Source: an uncultured Bacteroidales bacterium (GTDB lineage: Bacteria > Bacteroidota > Bacteroidia > Bacteroidales > VadinHA17). From it: a stretch of DNA of 64,000 nucleotides. Both the position numbers and the translations under genes were made by a program. The stretch is from assembly GCA_963809855.1 (NCBI GenBank), contig CAWELF010000002.1:61646-125645 (forward strand), written 5' to 3'. A model generated the notes under the pieces. That model saw only the letters and a program-made list of their open reading frames with translations. It did not search any database and had not been told where the DNA came from. Of this stretch, positions 33,860 through 41,105 are shown one piece after another (positions within the stretch are counted from its first letter, which is position 1; every line of letters starts with the position of its first letter).

Positions 33860-35566
33860 ATGAAAAAATTAATATTCCTCACACTTGTGATTCTTTTTAC
33901 CGCTTCAACACCTATCCCGGTAAAAGAAAAGACCTTTTGCAACCCTGTCAATCTCAACTACAGGTTTCAGGTCACTAATAATGTTTCCTACAGGGAAGGA
34001 GCAGATCCTTCTATGGTCAGATATAAGGACAAATATCTCTTATTCGTATCTCATAGTGGCGGCTACTGGTACTCCGATGATATGTTTAACTGGAAATACC
34101 TTCCAATCAAATCCATGCCAATCGAAGATTATGCACCGGATGTTATAACTGTAAATGATACAACATATTATGCAGCCTCTTCCGGAGAAAAAAAACCATT
34201 ATATTATACTACCAACCCATTGGAAGACAACTGGAAAAAAATGGAAAAAACGCTTCCTTTTGCCATTTGGGATCCTAACTTCTTCCAGGACGAGGACGGA
34301 AAGGTTTATCTTTACTGGGGATGCTCAAATACTGCACCAATTTATGGGGTCAGGCTTGGTGCAGGAATGCAGCCTGTAACAGAGCCTAAAGTCTTTATTG
34401 AACATAATGAAAAAACTCACGGCTTTGAAAACCCGGGAGAATTACATGAGATGACCAGAAATGGCTACAATGAAGGTGCCTGGATGACCAAATACAACAA
34501 GCGTTATTATCTCCAGTATGCTGCGCCCGGCACAGAATTTAAAACATATTCCGACGGTGTGTATACTTCCGATGCACCATTAGGGCCATTCAAATATGAA
34601 ACATATAGTCCTTTTTCCTATAAACCGGGAGGTTTTGCAGGAGGAGCAGGACATAGTTCCACCTTTCAGGATAAATTTGGAAACTACTGGCATATTTCAA
34701 CTATGAGTATTTCTATACGTCATATGTTTGAACGCCGGTTAGGGATCTTTCCTGCTGCTTTCGACAAAGATGGTGAACTGAGAGTCTTTACCGCTTTTGG
34801 CGATTATCCTACCATTTTACCTGATCATAAAATAGATTTTGAAAAAGAGAGCCTTTTCAGGGGATGGATGGTATTATCCTATAAAAAGAGCGCAGAGGCA
34901 TCATCTTCACTCGAGAAATTCCCGGTTAAAAATGCAGTTGATGAGGACATAAGAACATGGTGGTCGGCAAATACAGGCAACCAGGGAGAATGGCTAAGCG
35001 TAAAACTCGATGACAAATCGACTGTGAATGCTATCCAGGTCAATTTTGCTGATAACGATTCAAAGCTTAAATCAGACAGCAAAGATATATCTTATAACTA
35101 CCGGATTCTGGCTTCTAATGATGGGAAATCATGGAACGTTGTTGTGGATAAGAGTAAGAGCGGTCAGGATGCCTGTCACGATTATATTGAACTTGAGAAA
35201 CCTCTTATTGCAAAGTATATTAAAGTTGAAAATGTAAAAATGCCTGATGGGAAATTCTCGATATATGATTTACGGATTTTTGGAACCAGGGAAGGAAAAG
35301 TACCCGCAATTATTAATGATTTCAAAGTAGAACGTAACTCAGCAGATACCAGAAGAGCCAGTATTGAATGGCCCAAAGACAATCTTGCTACCGGTTATAT
35401 TGTAAATTATGGTACCGATAAGAACAAGCTATATACTTCTGTAATGGTTTACGAAAACAATTCTGTAATCCTTCCCGGCCTGAATAAAGATGTGACATAT
35501 TTCTTCAGTGTTGATGCTTTTAACGAATCAGGAATTACCAAAGGGAACAAAATAGTAGAGAAATAG
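33860..35566 (+). CDS. GH43 glycosidase with C-terminal F5/8 type C (discoidin/CBM32-like) and Fn3-like modules
   Basis: Signal peptide; five-bladed-propeller-type N-terminus (FCNPVNLNYRF, GADPSMVRYKDKYLLF, NEGAWMTKYNKRYYLQYA); discoidin-like DEDIRTWWSANTGNQGEWLSVKLD...YRILASNDGKSWNVV; Fn3-like tail. Confidence 0.8.
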   Translation: MKKLIFLTLVILFTASTPIPVKEKTFCNPVNLNYRFQVTNNVSYREGADPSMVRYKDKYLLFVSHSGGYWYSDDMFNWKYLPIKSMPIEDYAPDVITVNDTTYYAASSGEKKPLYYTTNPLEDNWKKMEKTLPFAIWDPNFFQDEDGKVYLYWGCSNTAPIYGVRLGAGMQPVTEPKVFIEHNEKTHGFENPGELHEMTRNGYNEGAWMTKYNKRYYLQYAAPGTEFKTYSDGVYTSDAPLGPFKYETYSPFSYKPGGFAGGAGHSSTFQDKFGNYWHISTMSISIRHMFERRLGIFPAAFDKDGELRVFTAFGDYPTILPDHKIDFEKESLFRGWMVLSYKKSAEASSSLEKFPVKNAVDEDIRTWWSANTGNQGEWLSVKLDDKSTVNAIQVNFADNDSKLKSDSKDISYNYRILASNDGKSWNVVVDKSKSGQDACHDYIELEKPLIAKYIKVENVKMPDGKFSIYDLRIFGTREGKVPAIINDFKVERNSADTRRASIEWPKDNLATGYIVNYGTDKNKLYTSVMVYENNSVILPGLNKDVTYFFSVDAFNESGITKGNKIVEK

Positions 35567-35568
35567 AC

Positions 35569-36921
35569 ATGGGTCAGAAGGAAATCAATTTAACTGATCC
35601 GGTTGTTTTAACTCCTGAAGAGTCGCGTACACTCTATTCTAAGATTACATGGCGGCTTATTCCATTACTATTTATTTGTTATATAATTGCTTACATCGAC
35701 CGAATCAACATTGGATTTACCAAGCTGCAACTTCAGGGGGTACTTGGAGTTGATGAAAAAGTATTTGGAAGTGTATATGGTCTTGGTGCCGGCTTGTTCT
35801 TCATTGGCTATTTCCTTTTCGAAGTACCCAGCAACCTTATTATGCAACGTGTAGGTGCCCGAATCTGGATTGCAAGGATTATGGTCATCTGGGGTCTCGT
35901 GTCGATGGGTATGGTTTTTATTCACAGTACTGCAACTTTTTATACTGCAAGGTTTTTATTAGGAGTAGCAGAAGCTGGATTTTATCCGGGTGTGATCCTG
36001 TACCTGACATACTGGTTTCCTGATAAGGAGAGGGCACATACCGTGGCTCTCTTTGCTACCGGTACCGTCATTGCCGGAATAGTAGGTTCTCCCTTGTCCG
36101 GCGCTATTCTCGGACTGCATAATAAAGCCGGACTGGAAGGCTGGCAGTGGCTTTTTCTTCTTGAGGGTATACCTGCAGTATTAATGGGGATTGTAATCTT
36201 TATTATCCTGCCAAACCGTCCACAGAATGTAAAGTGGTTATCACCCTCAGAAAAGATCTGGATTCAATCGCGCCTTGATGAAGAGGCCATTCAATCGAAA
36301 GGAAAGGCACATTTCCGTCTGTCGGAGGTTTTTAAAAGCGGCCGTATCTGGCTGCTTTGTTTCATCTACTTCCTTCTGACTGTTGGGATCTATGGCTATG
36401 AGATGTGGTTGCCATCAATTATTAAAGAATTTTCGGGATTAAGCTATTCAATAGTTGGGCTGATAAATGCCATACCCTATATCGCTGCTATGGTAGCTAT
36501 GGTATTTATTGGTTACCACTCCGACAGGACAGGGGAGAGGCGTTGGCACGTGGCGATAGCAGCTTTGTCAGCCGCGGCAGGATTTGGTCTCAGCGCCTGG
36601 CTGAATAATCCATTCTTCGCTTTGGTTGCACTTATGATGGCTTTGATTGGATTAAAATCTGCGATGGCTCCTTTCTGGGCTCTTTCAACAACTTTTTTAA
36701 GTGGAACAGCTGCGGCAGGGGGGATAGCACTTATTAATTCCGTAGGTAACCTGGGAGGATTTGTTGGTCCGACTCTTGTTGGGGTTATAACTGACAGAAC
36801 AGGGAGTATTGAGATTTCTCTCTGGATATTGGGAGGAGCGCTGCTGTTAATGGCATTGTTAACATTAACCATCCGGCCACAAAAACTGGAAAGCTCAGTT
36901 GTTCAGCATATCAACACCTGA
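35569..36921 (+). CDS. MFS permease, anion:cation symporter (ACS; DgoT/ExuT/TtuB-like) type
   Basis: 450 aa with about 12 hydrophobic segments and the ACS-like motif YIIAYIDRINIGFTKLQ. The start is 2 nt after the GH43 stop, so the two are probably co-translated or co-transcribed. Confidence 0.75.
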   Translation: MGQKEINLTDPVVLTPEESRTLYSKITWRLIPLLFICYIIAYIDRINIGFTKLQLQGVLGVDEKVFGSVYGLGAGLFFIGYFLFEVPSNLIMQRVGARIWIARIMVIWGLVSMGMVFIHSTATFYTARFLLGVAEAGFYPGVILYLTYWFPDKERAHTVALFATGTVIAGIVGSPLSGAILGLHNKAGLEGWQWLFLLEGIPAVLMGIVIFIILPNRPQNVKWLSPSEKIWIQSRLDEEAIQSKGKAHFRLSEVFKSGRIWLLCFIYFLLTVGIYGYEMWLPSIIKEFSGLSYSIVGLINAIPYIAAMVAMVFIGYHSDRTGERRWHVAIAALSAAAGFGLSAWLNNPFFALVALMMALIGLKSAMAPFWALSTTFLSGTAAAGGIALINSVGNLGGFVGPTLVGVITDRTGSIEISLWILGGALLLMALLTLTIRPQKLESSVVQHINT

Positions 36922-36998
36922 ATTTTGATCATAATTATTTATAATAAGGAGTGTTGGAAAATTATTTATTAATTTATTAACATTCAAGATCTTAATAG

Positions 36999-37213
36999 AA
37001 TATTCCGGTGCGCTGCACCTAAGGACTATATTCGAATCATTTATCTACAAATATTATGGTGCTCTGCACCTTTCCAGATTGTTAAATACAGCTATTTATC
37101 AATAAATATTTCAAGTGATGCAGGTTCTGTTTTAATTTTAAGCGGCAGAGCCGCATAATATTTGTAGAGATACGGTTGAAAAACATAACCACAGGTGCAG
37201 AGCACCGGAATAT
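36999..37213. repeat. REP cluster 2, same four-unit design as cluster 1 but in reverse-complement order
   Basis: AATATTCCGGTGCGCTGCACC (36999-37019); TCTACAAATATTATGGTGCTCTGCACC (37044-37070); GCGGCAGAGCCGCATAATATTTGTAGA (37142-37168); GGTGCAGAGCACCGGAATAT (37194-37213). Confidence 0.85.
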
Positions 37214-37313
37214 CAAATTTCAATCATAAATCTGACAACAGAATTAGAAATTATTTCCCATTAATTGAAGCTTTCAAAGTCTACTATTATAGAGTGCGTG
37301 AAAGGGGGATTGA

Positions 37314-37352
37314 CAAAAAAATGGAGCCTGATATTTTCAGGCTCCATTTTGT
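37314..37352. terminator. Bidirectional intrinsic terminator between convergent units
   Basis: A6-ATGGAGCCTGA-tattt-TCAGGCTCCAT-TTTT: an 11-bp perfect stem lying 29 nt past the stop of the minus-strand GH95. Confidence 0.8.
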
Positions 37353-37379
37353 TACATTTTTCCCTATTCAGTCACTCTT

Positions 37380-39836
37380 TCAGAGCTTAGTTATTTCTAC
37401 AACATCCCCCTTCTTTGTGGATAGATCGTACTCATACACTTTTCTGATTGTTGAAGGAGGATCGGTTATCTCTGAATGATTCAGCGGTTTAGCTATTTCA
37501 GGAGTCAGAAAGAAAGGATTTGGGTTTTGACCCTTGGCTTCCTTAAGCCCTTGGCCTTTTAATGCCACATATGAACGGAGACGGCAGTTACCTCCAAGAG
37601 CAGATTTAATTTTAGCAGATTCAACTTCTCCGTTATCCCATTTAATATCTACTTCGAAACCACCATAAGCCCTGATACCTGTTATACTGCCTTTCTTCCA
37701 AACGTCGGGCAATGCCGGTAGCAGATGAATTGCGCCGTCCTGTGTCTGAAGCAGCATTTCAGTTATACCAGAAGTACAACCGAAGTTACCATCAATCTGA
37801 AAGGGCGGATGTGCATCAAAGAAATTTGGATAGGTGCCGCCTCCTCTGTTTCCTCCTCCTCTTGACTGGTCAACTAATGTAAGCTGGTCAGTAATAAGTT
37901 TATTAGCATGGTTGCCATCGAGCAGGCGTGCCCAGAAATTTACTTTCCAGCCCATGGACCAACCGGTCGAAACATCTCCCCTGTATTTTAACGTCACTTT
38001 TGCGGCATCGAAAAGTTGTGGTGTTGAATATGGGGAGATCTGGTTGCTGGGATATAAACCATAAAGATGCGATACGTGTCTATTCTGATCGGTTGGACTA
38101 TCCCAGTCTTCCATCCATTCCTGTACCTGGCCAAGCTTTCCTATTTGCATCGGAGCAAGGCGGTCGAGTATCTTTTGATAACCGGCAATCTCAGCGTTGT
38201 CCTTTTTTAAAAGTTTTGCCGCCCTTATAGTTTTTGTGAATAAATCAAAAAGAAGCTGATTATCCATGGTTGCCCCGGCAACTAATGCACTGCGGTGACC
38301 CTGTGGTGTATTTTCAGGTGATACAGAAGGACTTACAACAAGCCACTTATGGGTTGGTTCTTCAATAAGGAAGTCTTTATAGAATGCGCATGCCGATTGC
38401 AATTCAGGATAAACCGATTCAAGAAATTTGAGATCACCTCCGTAGAGATACTTTTCCCACACATGCTGTAAAAGCCATGCTCCCCCCATTGGCCATTGAC
38501 CTGAGTTTGCCATATCAACCACTCCTGTTATACGCCAAATGTCGGTATTGTGGTGGGCTACCCATCCATTAGCGCCATACATAACTTTGGCAGTTTCTTT
38601 GCCCGTTTCTGAAAGATCCTTGATCATTTGCATGAGAGGCTCATGCATCTCCGCGAGATTTGTTTTTTCAGCGGGCCAATAGTTCATTTCAGTATTAATA
38701 TTTATCGTGTACTTACTGTCCCAGGAAGGGTTATTGGTACCATTCCAGATTCCCTGCAGGTTAGCTGGCTGACCTCCTGGTTGTGACGAGCATATCAGCA
38801 AATAGCGACCAAACTGATAATACATCGATACCAGTTCGGGATCAAAGTTTTTTGAGAAATTTAATATCCTTTCATCTGTAGGGTTATTGGCTGCAGGTGA
38901 AGTGCCAAGGTCAAAAGTGACACGGTTAAAATATTTCTGAAATGCAGTAATATGATCTTTCAGGATCTTTGAATAATCTTTTTTCTCTGCAGCTGTGAGA
39001 TATTTTACACATTTATCAACCTCATTGGCAGTAAGCGTCTTATAATCAACAAAGTTGGTTGCAATAGAAATCATGATGGTCACCTCATTTGCATCTGTGA
39101 CAGTAATCTTATTTTCGGAAACCGCAACTGAACCCCCAGTGTTTATAACCTTTGCACGGGCATCGAATTTTACTTGTCCGGTAACGCCTTCCATAGTACT
39201 TGAAAGCCCTGTCATTTCAAGAGTATGGGCATCCAAAGCTGCCATTGACTTCTGTAATTCACTGTCAAACCCTGCTGTAAATGTCAGTTTGCCAGGTTTA
39301 CTTGCGGATAATCTGACAACAATTACCTGATCGGGTTGTGACGCAAAAACTTCGCGTTTAAAGATCACATCATTTACTTTGTATGTTGTAGTAGCGATTG
39401 CTTTTGCAAGATCCAGGTCACGATAGTAATCCGTAAAATTTTCGTTTCCTGTGAATTCCAGATTCAGATTTCCAACTACCTGGAATTTTGAGCCATGCAG
39501 CTGTTTTGCAGTTAGAAACTGGTTCGACAATGTATTAGCTCTCCTGTAGTCGCCACTGAATATATAGTAACGAATGGAATCCAGTCCTCTTAACCCGTCA
39601 GGATTATCGTTTCGGGAAGGTCCGCCTGACCAGAATGTGCCTTCGTTGAGAGTTATTTTCTCCTTAACAGGATCACCAAATACCATACCGGCTATCCGGC
39701 CATTTCCTACAGGCAATGCTTCAACCCACTGTTTTGCGGGTTTGTTGTACCAGAGTTTTAATTTGGTATCATTCTGGGCATAGACATTAAAGCCAACTGC
39801 CAAAATAGAGAATAAACATAAAATAATCTTTTTCAT
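37380..39836 (-). CDS. GH95 alpha-L-fucosidase/alpha-L-galactosidase (second copy)
   Basis: Signal peptide; KLWYNKPAKQWVEALPVGNGRIAGMVFG; NINTEMNYWPAE; 818 aa. It is roughly half identical to the GH95 at 20532-22910 by eye. Confidence 0.88.
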   Translation of the reverse strand: MKKIILCLFSILAVGFNVYAQNDTKLKLWYNKPAKQWVEALPVGNGRIAGMVFGDPVKEKITLNEGTFWSGGPSRNDNPDGLRGLDSIRYYIFSGDYRRANTLSNQFLTAKQLHGSKFQVVGNLNLEFTGNENFTDYYRDLDLAKAIATTTYKVNDVIFKREVFASQPDQVIVVRLSASKPGKLTFTAGFDSELQKSMAALDAHTLEMTGLSSTMEGVTGQVKFDARAKVINTGGSVAVSENKITVTDANEVTIMISIATNFVDYKTLTANEVDKCVKYLTAAEKKDYSKILKDHITAFQKYFNRVTFDLGTSPAANNPTDERILNFSKNFDPELVSMYYQFGRYLLICSSQPGGQPANLQGIWNGTNNPSWDSKYTININTEMNYWPAEKTNLAEMHEPLMQMIKDLSETGKETAKVMYGANGWVAHHNTDIWRITGVVDMANSGQWPMGGAWLLQHVWEKYLYGGDLKFLESVYPELQSACAFYKDFLIEEPTHKWLVVSPSVSPENTPQGHRSALVAGATMDNQLLFDLFTKTIRAAKLLKKDNAEIAGYQKILDRLAPMQIGKLGQVQEWMEDWDSPTDQNRHVSHLYGLYPSNQISPYSTPQLFDAAKVTLKYRGDVSTGWSMGWKVNFWARLLDGNHANKLITDQLTLVDQSRGGGNRGGGTYPNFFDAHPPFQIDGNFGCTSGITEMLLQTQDGAIHLLPALPDVWKKGSITGIRAYGGFEVDIKWDNGEVESAKIKSALGGNCRLRSYVALKGQGLKEAKGQNPNPFFLTPEIAKPLNHSEITDPPSTIRKVYEYDLSTKKGDVVEITKL

Positions 39837-39850
39837 ATTATCAACTTTTT

Positions 39851-39878
39851 ATTACTGATTACCGATTACTGATTACTG
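39851..39878. repeat. 7-bp tandem repeat x4 (ATTACTG/ATTACCG) in the leader of the minus-strand GH95
   Basis: attactg attaccg attactg attactg, located 15-42 nt upstream of the GH95 start codon at 39836. Confidence 0.8.
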
Positions 39879-39897
39879 TTTACAAAATAAATGATTT

Positions 39898-40920
39898 TCA
39901 CCTGAAATTTACAGCTTTAATAAAGTAGTTCTTTCCTACAATCATCATGGTATTTTCGAAAATTGATATCCCTTCAATATCTTCAACCTGAAGGGAGGAT
40001 AGTTTATTGCATTGGGAACAGGATGGCAATTCCATTAGCTTTCCGTCGTCACAGGCTATGAAAAACAGGTCTGACACCTCGTCATAAATAATATCGTTTG
40101 GCGATTCAGAAAGAAACATTTTTATTCCATCATCATCAGTATAATACAGAGGTCTTTCTGTCCACACGCCTCCCTGTGTTGAGAACATTATTACCGGAGA
40201 CCCGTCAGATTGGATTCCTGCAACTGCGATACGATTTTCAGTTACAAGTACTTTATTAAAAGAGCACGATTTGTAATAACCCGCATATACCTTATTGAAG
40301 TCAATGACATCCCAGTTTGCTCCATCTCTTGAGTGAATTATCTCACCTGCATCAGTAACACCATAACAGTCTGTTATCCTTGAGGAAACAGATACTATAT
40401 TTCCCTTCAGGTTAAGCTTGCTCTCTTTTAGTATACCCCCCGGATCTCCTGAAACGATAGTCCCGTTATCAGCTCCGGCGATAATTGAACCATTGAAAAT
40501 TGTAACTGAATTAATATTCCTTTTTGAAACGGTTTCAATTTTCCTGAATCCTTCACCATCATTTGATATTCTCAGGATTCCCTTTTCTCCTGCTGCAATA
40601 ATAATTTTATTATCCGAAATCACTCCGGTGAAACTCTCCCCGGGATAGGTTTGTGATTTTGTTACTTTCCCTGTTATTGAAATAATGTCTATTCTACCAT
40701 CTGACCCGGTTGCCACGAATCCTTCATTAAATCGTGTAATAGATGTATAACCTGGTGCGTTTCTTTCTTTCATTGAAAAAGAAGAAACGGAAATATAAGC
40801 CCTATCTGAATCATATCTATTTTTAATCAGATTAACAGACCCTGATGTCTGAGAAAGCAGAAACATGCTCCCGGGCATAAAAATTAAAAATGTTGATTTT
40901 AAAAAAGACATCAGGATCAT
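39898..40920 (-). CDS. Secreted hypothetical protein, BNR/Ycf48-like beta-propeller (tentative)
   Basis: 340 aa with a signal peptide and repeated strand-turn motifs (ATGSDGRIDII, AAGEKGILRISNDGEGF, AGADNGTIVSG, HSRDGANWDV, STQGGVWTE) reminiscent of degenerate Asp-box propeller blades. No catalytic motif was recognised. Confidence 0.4.
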   Translation of the reverse strand: MILMSFLKSTFLIFMPGSMFLLSQTSGSVNLIKNRYDSDRAYISVSSFSMKERNAPGYTSITRFNEGFVATGSDGRIDIISITGKVTKSQTYPGESFTGVISDNKIIIAAGEKGILRISNDGEGFRKIETVSKRNINSVTIFNGSIIAGADNGTIVSGDPGGILKESKLNLKGNIVSVSSRITDCYGVTDAGEIIHSRDGANWDVIDFNKVYAGYYKSCSFNKVLVTENRIAVAGIQSDGSPVIMFSTQGGVWTERPLYYTDDDGIKMFLSESPNDIIYDEVSDLFFIACDDGKLMELPSCSQCNKLSSLQVEDIEGISIFENTMMIVGKNYFIKAVNFR

Positions 40921-40965
40921 TAATTATTCGAGGTTTTAAAAAATGGGGATGATGAAAAAGTTATT

Positions 40966-41061
40966 TTAACGAAGAGTTCGCAGAGAGCCGCAGAGACACA
41001 AAATCATTTGTCTCTGCTCGGCGGTCCTCTGCGTTTTTCCTCAGCGGTTCTCAGCGGTTAA
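40966..41061. repeat. About 96-bp TTAAC...GTTAA imperfect palindrome (family copy C, more degenerate)
   Basis: TTAACGAAGAGTTCGCAGAGAGCCGCAGAGACA ... TGTCTCTGC...CTCAGCGGTTCTCAGCGGTTAA. The core is a perfect 9-bp stem, GCAGAGACA/TGTCTCTGC. Confidence 0.7.
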
Positions 41062-41105
41062 TGGCTTTCACCTTTTTCACCAGAACCATTTGAAAATAAT
41101 ATCGG

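Noticed and set aside
37030-37045. TTCGAATC (tRNA T-loop-like string) in the spacer of REP cluster 2
   Set aside because: There are no flanking acceptor, D or anticodon stems. It is an isolated 8-mer in AT-rich spacer DNA.
37195-37479. 94-aa ORF (GTG start) spanning REP cluster 2, the terminator and the 3' end of GH95; similarly 23142-23483 and 23740-23988
   Set aside because: They cross repeat and terminator sequences or overlap supported genes in another frame, and they have no recognisable motifs.
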